Part shown: piece after piece, positions 1-13,877 of the stretch | Numbering within the stretch: the first letter of the stretch is position 1 | How the letters are laid out: each line of letters starts with the position of its first letter | From: Auanema rhodensis | Taxonomy: Eukaryota > Animalia > Nematoda | Assembly (NCBI GenBank): GCA_964057225.1 | Contig: OZ059894.1 | Location: 16,368,001 to 16,432,000, forward strand | Reading direction: 5' to 3' | Length of the DNA stretch: 64,000 nt | The notes under the pieces: generated by a model | What the model was told of the DNA's origin: nothing | The model's database searches: none | Seen by the model: only the letters and a program-made list of their open reading frames with translations | Made by a program: the position numbers and the translations under genes

Positions 1-1567
1 TATAATAACTGACAACTATAAATAAAATTTATTTATTTATTTAATAATATTATAATATTTGTTATTTAAATTTGAAAAATAAATTATATAAATTAGTAAA
101 TTTATTCATTTTCTACGGAAATATTAGTTTAAATTTAACAAGAGAAATCATATTTAACTATTCCATCGAATTATTTTTCAAAAAAGAAAATTCAATTTTG
201 TTGGTTTGTCCCAAAATGTTGATGAATTGATATTGTGCTCATACACAGAGTACACACAATGGTTATGTAATGGTCATCGTCATCGTCGTCCTCGTCCTCA
301 TCGTGTTCATGACATCAGCTGATCTCGTATACCATGTCTAGGCTTCTCAGAGAGATTATTTTTCATTATAAATTGTATGAGAAATATAATTAGAGAAGCA
401 GAAAATTGCATAAATCATTTGAAATATGAAGTATTTATGAGAGATTTCAGAGATATAAAGCAATTGAAATAGTATTGTTTATATAGGGATTGACTATGAT
501 GTGTAAAAAGTCAGATACTTTCACTCTCTTTATATGTCTCTCTCTCTATATATCTCTCTCTCTCCCAATCTTTTCTTTAGTCTTTCTATACATATAGATT
601 CCAATTTTTCTCTCTCTTTCTATTCTTTTTCTCTTCATATAGAAAGTAGTAATCTGATGATCGCTAGAAGAGCACCAAATCTAACGTCCACTCAATCAAC
701 GTAGTAAACGCCACGGTTGTCATTGTTCTGAACGTTATTCCAAATGGTTTGTCGATGAAAAAAAAAAGGAAATTTGAGAATACACTGAGTACCAATTGGA
801 TAATATTGGCCAAAACTGACCAATATCGTTTATAGTTCGCATTAGCTGAATTTCCGTTCATAATTGTAACCATAATACTAACCTTCTCGTATATACTCAG
901 ATAAACATTTTCCGCTTAAAGAGGGAAATTCAAACGGAAGAGAGAGAGAAAGAGGGAGAGTGAGAGAGTCGAAAATGGAAAAAATAAGAGAGAGAGCGAC
1001 TGAAAGAGACGTTTAAAACATAATTTTAAACGTAAATAATTGAATATATTGAAATTTTAAAATAATTATCATTTACATAATTTTATGGTTAAGAAAGATT
1101 TGTTTTTGTGATATTCAAATGAAAATATGGAAATAGTAAATCATTCTTTCACATAAACTGCTCAAATCTCAATTACAATTTTCAATTTGTTTTCTAAGAA
1201 ATTAGTTAATATCAAATATTTTTATCTTTTTCAACTGATTTACTCAATGTTTTCTGATTTTTCAATTGATGTTTGAAATTTTATTTCAAGTGTATAATAC
1301 GAATATGCTTATTCTTCTGGTTAACATATAGATTTTCATGACAAAAAAAAGTTTTTTTTTATCATTTCTTGATAGCTATACATCAATTTGATATATTTTA
1401 TAATTTTTTTTCCATCTTTTTGTACTTCAATCTCCTATTTTAGTTGAAAAAAGCAAAAAAAATTCCAATACGAACATTGATGTCGTATGAATCATCTAAA
1501 CTAAGCCTTGTGGCAACGTACTAATGGTCAAAAAAGCTTTTCTTATACATCTGGAAAAGAGGGAAAA

Positions 1568-1587
1568 GGGGGGGGGGGGGGGGGGGG
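1568..1587 (+). repeat. G20 homopolymer (G-quadruplex-capable)
   Basis: 20 consecutive G. Confidence 0.9.
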
Positions 1588-4500
1588 CTGGGGTGTATAT
1601 GTGGGTGATGCACATAAACGACACTCTATGGTTCAAGCTTGATACATATGTATATACATGCTTTGTAGCATCGTTTTTGCCGCCATCGATATGTCTATGC
1701 CGTCATCTTATTCCATCTTTTCATCAAGCCTACAGCTGTAGCATCAGCTGACTGGTTTTACTTTTATGATCTGATAACATCCAAAGTCATTAATAACAGA
1801 GATGGTAACAAAAAAAAATTTTTTTTAAGATAAATAAAAAGAAAATCAGACGTCAACAGCTGCTGTTTACGGTGCAAATAACGGCAGAATTGAATTAAAA
1901 TAATAAAAAAAAAGGAAAAAAAATTTCATCTGGTCACATGCTTAAAGGAAAAGATAAGATTTAAAAAAAGTGGAGTAGCTAGAAAGAAAGTAAAGAGTTG
2001 AAGCAAAAAAGAGAGCGTTAGGAGAGAGAGAAAGAGAAAGAGAGAGAAGATGGCACAAGCTAAAGCTTCTGACTTAACAGAAATGAATTGCTGTTAGTCC
2101 AAAATGATGATGGCCATCTTCAATTTTCTTATTTTTTCGAATAAAATAAAATAAGGAAAACCATCGTTTTTACAATTTCTTATCTTAGTCACTGAATGCT
2201 TGTTTACCGCTTTACCAAATGCTCAGTTTTACGTTCGGACATACTTATATATGGGAAGGCTATACGGCAGTTGTACTGACTTGATAACGCTTTTAGATGT
2301 TAGAGAGAGAGATCGTAGTCGTCGTTCTCTGGCAATCCGAACTCATTTTCAAGCCATTTTCTAAGCTTTTTTTCCTTTTATCTAAAAATAAAAATATCTG
2401 TTTTGCATATACATATACATACATATTAGTGCCATACACCAACACTTCTCAAATTTTAGTAATTTTGACGAAAGTAATAGGCTTTAAGCTATGCTTTGTT
2501 GAACATGGAGCCATATCAGCGAAGCGTTTATTTCAACTGATCCTCTCTCTCTTCCCCCTCTCTCTCTCTCTATCTCTATCTCTCTCATTCTCTCTCTCTG
2601 TATTTCTACAGATGCCTTGAAGGCCTTTATTTCAAAAAGAAAAAAACTTCATATTGTTGTCAGAGAAAAAAATATTATTCAGTTATCTGCTCAAAAACAA
2701 CCCACAAAACTAACGCGCAGTCAAGGAGAGCCAGCTGCTGGTCAGCCGGAGTTAAGAGCAGAGAAGAGCAGTTTCTGATTTTTTTTCTCTGACATACTCT
2801 CATTAAGCTTCAACATTTTTTGCTTTGTTTTCAGCTAAATTTCATGTATCTGGACAAAGACGATTAGAAGGACTTGTGTTTTCTATTTACTATTTGGTTT
2901 TCATTCAATATAGTCCAACTATATAGATATATGCTATATGTATTATTTGGTCTATTGTTGTTAGGCAATAACATAACTAGTAAAGCAGATGCAGTACTAA
3001 CAGCTAAAGCCGACAAACGAAGGCAATGAAGTAAGAATTGTAGATATGCACAGTAGTGAGGAAAGCGAATATGAAACACATAAAGTGTGCAAGCCAAAGT
3101 GTGTCACAGAAAGAGATAGAGATGAAGAGGGAAACGGTGAGAAATAGAGAGAGAGAAAGAGAGAGAGAGAGAGACTGGGAAAGAGAGAGCAATGGGGAGA
3201 AAAAATCAAAACGATTCCTTTTACAAAAGTTTCTTAGTTTCCCTCTGGCATGCTAATCTTCTACGCAACATCCATATCTGAACAATTTTTTCTTCGTCTT
3301 CTTCTTCGTCTCTTCGGTTTATCACAATATTTGTGCCTGCATCATGTCTGTCTGTTTCACAGCTTCAGAACTACACAGTCTCTCGTAATGCAAGGATAAA
3401 TCGAATGGCCTCGTCTCTCTTCGATTTTCCTTAATATCGTCCTGCTCTCTATTTCGGTCTTTTCCCTCTTTATGTCTCTCTTTTCTCTTTCTATCATATA
3501 TGTCTATTGCTTCTCACTCTTTCTTTTGAACCTCTCCGTAGTTCTTTATGGCAATCCTCCTCGTCTAGTTACTTCCTTTGGCCTCTTCAATATCCTCTCA
3601 ATCTATAACGCTAAGGCTACGAAATGCACAGTTAGTGAGTAAGAAGAAGAAAATGAAATAGAGAGAAAGAGAGAAAGATAAAGAGAAAAAGAGAGAGAAG
3701 AATAGTTAGTTAGAGAGAATGCAATAACTTTCAGAACGAGAGAACTAGAGCAAACCCTTCCTTTCCTGCCTTTTCTACTCTTCCTTTCTCATTTGGTTTA
3801 TTTTCTGTTTGAAATAACAAAACTTTTCTTTAAAATTGCCAATATTTCCATATAATCTTCGTAACTATTCACTATTTCATAACTTATAAAACTTTTCTTG
3901 AATTCCCTGAATCTTTTTTTGTCGAAATCGACATGTTTTCCTTGCCGAATGGCTGCCACCTATTGATCGCGGCCAAAAAAAAAACAAAAAAAGGCACGAA
4001 TACTCTCTCAACTTCCGAGAACTACTTTCTAGAACTAAGCTGAAAATCTCTCGTAAATAAAAAAAAACAGTTTTCATTATATTCTGTAGTCGTCTTGTTT
4101 GATTTCTATGTATGTCGTCATCTTTTGCGTTTGAGTTACAGAATAATTTGATGAACAAACATATTTCAGTTCCATAGTTTAGAATGATTTCTTCATTTAT
4201 CTTAATTTGTTACGAAAATAATTTTTTTTTCCAATTCTTAATGTAATTGTTCGTAAGCAATTCAGAAGTTTTAGTTCATTTATTTTATTTTCTTCTAACT
4301 ATTTTCACAAAAATTCTATTATTTGAGAATAGTTTTTGTGTTGTAATCAAGAAGTCAAAAAAAAAAAGAAAACAAAAACAAATCAAGGAAGAGTTATTCA
4401 TTGTATTTTAATATTTCTCATCAGCTTATAATGAAATAACTGGCAGTTGAATATCGTGATAGTAGTAGTAGTAACATGATGATGAAGATATAATTGAATG

Positions 4501-7500
4501 CAATTTTATTGATTGAAGCTTCAAATAACCTCGGTATTATAAATGAAATCGAATGCTTCAACCATCTTCTGCCTCACTGATTCGTTCAGTATCTGCTCCA
4601 TCGCCTTTTAGCCTTACTTGTCTGCCTTCCACTCCCTCCCATCTCTTTCGTTCTACGTCTCAGTCAGTTTCTAGCTGTCGTACAATCTATCTCATCTCGT
4701 TTTCTCTACATCTCTCCATTTTGCTGCTTCTGAATCTCGTTGTCTCTGGTCTTCATCGTCGTTTCTCTACATTCACTGGCCAAGAATACTAAATAAGGCA
4801 CAATCAAACGTTCATCATTTTCGTCGATACATAAACATTCATGTATACTATCTGCTTATACTTCTCTCACTTTCTCTCTCCCTCACTTTTGCCACTTTTC
4901 AACCTCTTATAGCAATTTCTGTATATTAAATTTACTATATATATAGAAAATAAGAGAAAACGATTGCTCGCTATTGTACGGAAATCTTAATTAAAGCTTC
5001 AATTTGCTTGGTCAAGATGAATCATTCAACGATCAGATGATCAACAGTTGCATCATCTGATCGTTTACCATCATTGTCATCACCATCGTCATCTTGTTGT
5101 TGTTTTCTTACGAACTTTGTTAAGCTACTGTCAATGCAAGAGAGACGGCTTAAGTTTGATTTCATTAAGTAACCTGGACCCTCACTCTCATAGCTCATCC
5201 AACTCAGTCGTTCTTTACTTCGCTCTTTTTGTCGTACTCCCCTTCTTAAACCAACGTCCCTCTCATTCCATGTTTATTTTGATTTTCCTGCATTTTCTTT
5301 ATACGGAATCATCTGTTTTCAATCTTCAACTAGGCCACTGCCCATATACTTCAGATTCATGTCCCCAGGGCACATTCTCCCATTTCTGACGTGATTCACG
5401 GCTACACATGGCAGATCGAGCTTCTCTTCCCTACTACTCGTATCAACCACAGCAAGGCAACAATTCGCGTATCCGTCCTTGCGGCGCATGTAGCTTCACG
5501 AAAGAAGAAGAAACAATCATTCAGTTGCTCTGTCCTCTTATTCTCTTTCCGCCCTTACGCAATCTTCTTTTTCTTTCGAATTATTAAGGTTGTAAGTTTT
5601 CAATGAATATGCTGAGCTATCCAAATACTCAAACATGCTGCATTTTCACGAGTTGTATATATGAAATTTTGGAAAGAGAAAACTTGTTTCTCAATAGCTA
5701 TTCTTCAACCGCATATCTTTCGTTCTTTATAACTTCACTTCATTTCAATAGAATCTGCCATTACAATGAATATTCCGCTTATACACATACCTTCAACTAT
5801 AAGCTACAACCTTTTTCATTCATCTAGCTTTGATTTTCAAATTCTCATCCAAAAATGGACTAAATGTCACTTTCTCTTCCAATTTATACATCCGATGTAT
5901 GAATATTTCTTTTATTTATTTCTTTTATTGTCTTATTCGAATATCTTTTCACAATTTATAACTTATATCTTATATTTCTATTTCAGATTTATTATGCAAC
6001 TTGGACATCAACCAAACCATCTAATGCTCATTTTACAAACATTGAAGCATTGATAAAAGCTTCATGCTTTATGAATTTCTATAGTTTTGATTGTGAAACT
6101 TTGCTTCCCAACACGGAAAAGAAAAGTTTGACGTCTAGTCAATTACTTTCCACTTTGTCATTTTTCATTACTACTAACTTGAATTGAGTCAACATTTCAT
6201 GTTTTCTTATTTTTTTTCTAATAGAATCCTAAGCATTCTTAATTCGATACAAAATAATTTTCTTAACAATCATCAGTTTTTTCTTTTGAAAAATAAAAAC
6301 AAAAAATAATAATAAATCCTGTCTTTTTTTATTTTTTTTCTCACATCTTACTATTGGTCTGTGTCATTTTCATACATCATCTAATCATCTTCTTTACGAA
6401 CTAAAGCATATCACATCACGTCATCATAATACTCTTTCTAATTTTTTTTTCATTTTGTTATTGAAGAACACAAAGATTTTGAAAAGTATATACAATGAGA
6501 AATTGTTCTGAAAACGTGACTTTGATATGTCAGTCAAAACGATTTTGTTTCTGCTCACTTACATCATTTACAAATAATTCTCTCTCTTTCCCTCTCTCTC
6601 TATATCTATCTATTCTCTCTTTCTCTCTCTCTTAATCTTTTTCTGATGACTTCATGGAACAACATTTTTATAACCATAATCATAACTATAACATTAATTG
6701 GATGGACTTTTCCTGTTATCCAGCTTGTTCATGTTATAGAAAGGCATAATTCTTCATTTCTAACTAGTCTCTAACGAAAAGTCGATTTGCCAATGTCAAT
6801 GACCACAAATGACTGGATTTACATACACATATACCCATAAAATAGAATCGAACCAATTTTGGATATTTTTCGATAACCGGATAATTACTTTCAGACGATC
6901 TATGAATCGAACTATTGAAAGATATGTATATATACAGAGAAATATAGAATAAGATAAAGAAATAGAGTAATCTAGATATTGAGATAAACTACGAGAAGAC
7001 AAGAGAATAGATGGTAACAAAGAGAGAAAAGCAGATAGAAAGAGAGACCAGGAAAGGGAGGAGTAGAAAGATAGAGAAGTGGAGAGAGAAGTAGAGAGAG
7101 AAGTAGAGAGAGAGAGAGAGAGATGGAAGCTGAACAGAGATAAGGAAGCGGAAAGCTTAAATGTAGTGAATGGCAAAAGTTATTGGATATTTATCTCTTA
7201 CTACTATATAATATAAATGTATATAAATATAAATATAAGTATAGATATATATTATTTTTTCTTTTTACTATTTGATTTAGTTTATAAATTTTTTAGTTAA
7301 CTTAATAATTTTTATTTTAATAATAAATTAAAAATTAAAATATATATATAGTAGTATATAGTATATAGAATTAATTGGCTCACACCCATTTGTCCTCCAG
7401 CAATTATAATGCTCTTTTGAGTAATATAGAATTAAAATTGGTTATAACAGCAACCTTGGAAATTTTCTATTTTTCTGTCATTCGTAATATAAGAAATGAA

Positions 7501-7729
7501 ATTGTTTTATTCTATTTAACAGAAATATTATAAAAAGTAAAAGTTATTGAAACCGTTGTATGACACTATACTATATCAATATTCAAACATTTTCAAAATT
7601 ATTTTAGTGCTGCGAGAATTTTTCGAAGAAAAAAAAAGTTTCTACCAGTTGATTTTTTTTTGATTTTTTTCATCGAATTCTTACATTTGGTCTAACCAAA
7701 AATTAAAATAGAGATATAGAGAGAAAGAT

Positions 7730-7771
<42 letters not shown>

Positions 7772-9091
7772 GTAGGAACAGATTGTTCCTTGATGCAAAA
7801 ATCACATGATCAAATCATACTTTAACATTTGAATCTTCCGTTCCACTAAACTATATAGATATATATGTCTTTTTGTGAAAAAGAGAGAAATATTATAGAT
7901 TAATGTATTTAAAATATAAATATTGTTAAATACAATTGTATTCAATTATACTTCTCACATTTAAGCTTTAACGATGTCATGTATGCATAGTCATACAGCA
8001 GAAGTTTAAGCTTTTAAATAGAACGAGAGGGGAATGAGGGTTTGGGTAGACTATGGAATGCTGTACTCTTCTTCCAATCCGTTTCTTTTCACTCGTTTTG
8101 TCGTTTTTTTGGTGTTAGAAGATCTGACAATTCTTTCATTTCATTACTGAATATGGTAGATGATTAAACAAAAAAAAGAAGATTTTTCTGTAGTTTTGAA
8201 ATCTACGGTAAGAAAATCGTTTTATACTCCCCTCTCTTTTTCCTTCTCCCCCGTCATATATTCTTGTAACCTAATCATTTTCAATATAAATAACAAAGAA
8301 AAGAAATAATAATAATAATTTCATGATTTTATATGTAAACATGTTATAGATATAAGACTTATACTATTTATTTCTTCTTTATACTTACTTACTTGCCTTA
8401 CGAACTAATTTTCTTTCAGTATGTCAGCGTTTGTTTCTCTTTCTTTTGCTGATTTTCGTTTTACTTCGCATTTCATGCTTTTGCTTTGCCTCCGTCGTCA
8501 TGCTCATCATCCTCTTTTCTCCCGCCGTCACCCTCATCAACTTCCTCTTCTCTTCTTCTTCTTCTTCTGCTTCTCTTGAATGTAGTATTTTCAACATACA
8601 TATAGTTTGACTACATTGTTTATGATATTAGCTTTTTTTTCTGTTAGAAAATCATCATAGTGAAGAGGAAGAAGACAGATAGAAGAATATATACCACTCG
8701 GCATGCCGTTGAGTAGTATTTTCTTTTCGCGATATGAGAAGATGAAGAGAAAAATTCAGTCTAATTCATCATGAGCCATTACTTCTCTATCTCTAACAGA
8801 TATTTTCTTGTTTTTTTTTCATTGTCATCTGATCTTGTGCTGTCAAACATACGTTCTCCCTTTCTGTTCCATTTTTTTTTATTCTTCATCTCTATTATCC
8901 GTGACGCTAATGAAGTCATCGCCTCAGGCTGTCATAGCTGTGCTGTCGTCCTGGTTACAGATGCTTAAGTCATATTCAAGCATAATCAACCTGCTTTCGT
9001 TGTCAATTAGCACTTAAGGCGTAATCCTAATCATGCTCTATTACGTTACAGGTTTATGATGGAATTATTTCCAATTCAATGAGAACTGTTG

Positions 9092-9094
<3 letters not shown>

Positions 9095-9154
<60 letters not shown>
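9095..9154. repeat. (TC)30 microsatellite
   Basis: Direct reading. Confidence 0.95.
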
Positions 9155-9158
<4 letters not shown>

Positions 9159-10327
9159 CCCCTCTCTTTCTCTCTCTCTTTATTTTGAACAATATCATCT
9201 TGAATATGAAAAAGAAATTTTACAAATTACAATTACTATAATATATAAAGTTGAAAGACGAAGCATTAATAGTAATAAATATATAATTTGAAGACCTTTT
9301 GCAAATTTCTCATTTGTATTTTAGAAAATAAAAACTGAAATCATAAGATTTAATATTGTTTTAATAACTAATAAATAAATATATTATTAATACCTCATTG
9401 TAAGCTGTATGTGAGACTTCTTATATACATCATAAGCATATGTTATATGATATATCTCACTATACTATATATATCTTTTCCTTAATCGCTTATTTTTAAT
9501 TTATTCTTCTTCTTTTCGAGACATTTATCTTCTTTTTCTTTTTGTATTTTCTTCATCTCTTACTTTTTTCCATCCTATATCTTTTTCTTTTATTTGTAGT
9601 TCTTTATATTTTTTTCATATTTTGTCCAAATTTTAAAATTCAAATTTGTATCTTTTTTTCGTTTCAGTTAAATTTCAAATGTTCTTTCAACTAATTTCTT
9701 AATGAAAGTAAGATAATATTATGAATAACATTGAGCTGAAACAACTCGTTTACATATTGAAATTGCTGTCTGCCTTCATCTCTTATTGAAATTCAATGCC
9801 ACGTGGTGTTGTTGGTCGGTTAAGAGTTGCCATAGAAGGCTCTCAACACCTGCCATCCAGAAATGATTATTCCATGTGTTATGAGTATAATGTCTGTTCA
9901 TATATATATAGTGTATTATAGTATTTCCATGAATAATAACAGATCAATTACATATGTATCCTTAATGTACAGACTGGCTTCTTTTGTGTTTATAGCATCA
10001 CCTACTCCCACCACTCCATACAACCCCCCCCCCTCTCTACCACTACGACAACCACCACTATTCTCATCACCAACGCTTCATATACTGCCCTTCCCCCCCC
10101 CCCATCCAAATCCAAATCATAGAAATCGTCACAGTTATGTGATAATGACGTGAATCTTATTATGCGTTAGCTTACCATCGATGATGACAACGGCATTCGT
10201 GAAGTTAGTATCGTTGTCAGTCCTGATATCAAGCTTTTTCAAGAAGCAACAACTAACAGCTGTGAAATTGTCTGTTTCATCGTCATTCCTTGTTTTCAGC
10301 CACACCTCTTTAATTTTCTCACATTCT

Positions 10328-10358
<31 letters not shown>

Positions 10359-11286
10359 TCTCTCCCTTTATATTGTTCCCCTCTAAACCTCAGTTTCTTC
10401 CGCGCCTCTCTTTCTCACACTGACAAACTTTTCTCTCTTTCCCTCTCTCTGTCTAGCTTGACAACAGAAAAAATAAATAATAAAAAACAAAATTCAACAA
10501 AGCATTTTCACTTGGCATGCTTGTTTTCGTGAAAATGTTAGCATTCACTCATTCTTTTACATAACTATGTTTATACTTACGTTTATAGTATTGATTTAGT
10601 CGTATTAATTCTTTCGAACTATTCGTTTTTATTGATTTTTAATTACGTGAATTACGTGAACAACATTACTTTTAGAAAAATATATCTAAAGACCGGTTGC
10701 ATACAATTGACATTCAATAGGAGTTTAAAGAACGGTTGTGATCCTCAAGTCCGATCTTAATCCAGCTCTTTCTCTCTATCCCTCTTACATATTGCCCTAC
10801 CTTTTAATTGAGGCTTTCTACTTTCATTTCATCTCTTTTCCTTTTAAATCTTATATAACTTTTGATCGGTTAATCAATTCTTCTTCTTCCATCTCTCTAT
10901 ATCTTTTAACCGTTCTGAGTGGCTCTATTAGTTACGAAACGTCAACTAATTCTTTTCAATTCAATTAATAATATCATTTTAAGTTTTTATTTAGATCTTT
11001 GTTATTCTTCTTCTTCTTCTTCTTCTTCTTTTACCTTTCCATCTATATTCAGCTGAAACCTGTGTCGTTGAACTCCCTCTGTGCACATTCTGTTCGCAGT
11101 TGTGTGTCTTTCATCACTACAGCACACATATATACAAACACAAACACATAGAATATTATATATTCCATTTTCAATTTCTTACACACCTTACATGCATCTT
11201 CTTCATTTTCTCTCTTTCTATTCTCTTTGTTTTCTTTCCACTTTCTGCTTTATAAGTCACAAACTATTATGAGTTGTCATTATTAA

Positions 11287-11294
<8 letters not shown>

Positions 11295-11375
<81 letters not shown>
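11295..11375. repeat. (TC)n microsatellite, ~80 bp
   Basis: Direct reading; one interruption. Confidence 0.95.
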
Positions 11376-13844
11376 ACATTCAACTTCTACTAATCTCATT
11401 GATGTATCATCATTTCTTTTTTTCTTTTTATTCTTCTTCCTTGATGTATAGTTATCGTCTTTTTAAATTTTTTCTATGTTTCAGTATCAGTATTTCAAAT
11501 GTTTTCTTTTCTTACAGATTAACTTCATATTATTTTTGGACAATGGATATTGGTTCATTTGATGCTTATAAAACATAAGCACTACTTCATTCTCACGACA
11601 ACTCTTACAGATTGAACATATTCTGCAGCATCCACAATTAAACCTGTCATCGATGTATATAGTTCAATTAAGAACAACTTCTGCTCTAGTGTGGCTCTAG
11701 CACTGCATGTTTGACGAAAAACAACAACGTTGTTTCTGTTACGGTGGCTTAACCACTCTTCTGTACAGCATCAGCTGGCTCTGTATATGCTATTTTTATA
11801 TAAGCTTGAGGAATAGCTGCCAAAAAACCACCTAGAAATCCGTATTTTGAGATAACCGGAAGTCCATATCGCTCCCTTCGTTTTTATCTTCATATTTCTA
11901 TCTTCTTCCCTCCCCCTTCTTGCTGATGCCTTTCCCTCCTTCTCTCCAACGACTCTATAACACTTGTCAACCTGCTCAGGCTGTTCTCTTTTCCCTATTT
12001 TCTCTCTCTTCTCTTCTTATTTCGTTCATTTTCCATATATGGCCCAATCAATGTCAGTTACGGGGACCAGCTCACTTGTATTCATGGGAAATTATTAAGA
12101 GTAGTGAGGAAAAGGAAAAGAAAGACTAAGATAGACTGAGAGAAGAGAATGAGAAAATGGATCGATCTACGTGATGTTTGAACACGAGGAGACTGACGCT
12201 AGGCCAACGGTAGTCCTTCCCTTTTCTCTTTCGGATCCGTCTAGTGTCCTCCTTCTGCTCCTCATCTTTCATATGGCTTCTTCGCTTTCTGAGTCGATGT
12301 CTCACGATTTCTACATTAAAATGGTTTTATGTCAAAGCTCTGTTTCAAACGTTTTCTGCCTGTGCAGCGAGAATAAACAAAAATGTTTTGCTGCTCACTT
12401 CATCTGATTCGTTTCGCATGATTCAGAGCTTCACTTCTACACTCATGTCGTCTCCAAAGAACGTTATTTCGTCAACTTTTCATCAATCATGTTCCACAAA
12501 ATGCTTGATATCACATCAAAGCTTTTTCTATGGCCATGTGATCGTTCCATGATTTTTTCAATGTTTACTTCGTTGATGTCTCGAAGGCTGATTTTTTAAT
12601 CTTGTGTAAAAGACTGGTCATCTGATCCAGACTTTTTCTATCTCTCTGTTAATCAGCTGATCATGTTGTATCATCGTCATTGTCAGTTTCGTTGTTAATG
12701 ATTCACTACAATATCATTCCACTACAGATGGTTGCCTAAAGTTCCATAGACAGTCTTTAACTTGTTTCTGAAATCCAGATTAACGTACAAACAGCGTGAA
12801 GGTTGTAACACAAGTTGCAGACAGATGATAGCTTGCCTACATGCTTGAATGAAGCTTTGCCCGGCCAGGTTCGAATTTCAGTCCAGAAATTTTGTCTGGA
12901 GCATAAAGTTGGGTTGGGAGCAAATAAACAATTTCAACGTTTCTGTTGGTTTTTATGCGAATTTTCAAGACCAGAAAGAACTGTATCATGCTCCAACCTG
13001 ACATAGAGCTTGAAGCTTGATCTGCCAACTTGTTTCAAGCGCGATTGTCTCCTTGTCGCAACCCAGCTTCACTACGTCAATAAGGCTCTGAATAGTTGAC
13101 ATGGAACATTTTGCCTCGGAAAACCTGACTGTAAACCTGACAGTTTGATGTCTTTCAACAAGCCTCTTCTTCGCGCACACGTATACCTTTGTGTCTTCTC
13201 ACTCTCATTTTGAACTGATAGTTGGCCACCGTTCTCACGACTAACTTCCTTATTTGTCTCTCAGCTGATTTCATTCGATTCTTCTAGTTCTTCTGTCTCT
13301 TCAGCCATCGCCGTCGACTTCGTCGTCGTCTTATTTTTCATCTTTCATCATCACAGTTGTCGTGAACGTTTATGTACATACTATACAGATATCTTCATTT
13401 ACGCCGTTGTCGTTTGTTTCGTCGTTTTGTCGACAGCAGAACGAAAAGTAAAACAAAGGTGTGATATGAAGATTTGAACTACGAAACAGAGAAACGAACT
13501 GTTATGGGTTATGACTTGTTGGTAATAGGAACAATCATCAACATCATCATCATCATATTCATCAGATTACTTTTCGTCTTTGTCAACTTTGATGTCGTCG
13601 TCTTTTTTTCAACAACAGAGGACAATAACTGAAACCTCTACCCTCCCCCTTTCTCCTCTCCCCCACCCTTTTTCTTTATCTCTCTGACTATATTTCTCTC
13701 TTTCTGGTCTTCCCTCCCACTAAATTTCTTAATCTGTTTCTCTTAAAGTCTTATACCATATATGTGCATACGTCTCTCTCTCTCTCTATCTCTTCCTCTC
13801 TCCCTCTATCGTCTTTCTTCTTCTTATTGTTTTGACTAAAAGAT

Positions 13845-13877
13845 GAAGAAGAAGAAGAAGAAGAAGAAGAAGAAGAA
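13845..13877. repeat. (GAA)11 microsatellite
   Basis: Direct reading. Confidence 0.9.

Noticed and set aside
1501-1508. CTAAGCCT, complementary to the nematode telomere repeat (telomerase-template-like)
   Set aside because: Isolated 8-mer with no supporting structure; no telomeric arrays in the window.
8160-8207. ATG..ACG|GTAAG possible upstream exon
   Set aside because: Phase 0 is incompatible with the phase-2 acceptors of the RBR-like gene; at most a UTR exon.
12868-12878. GGTTCGAAT B-box-like motif suggesting a tRNA
   Set aside because: No A box or cloverleaf.
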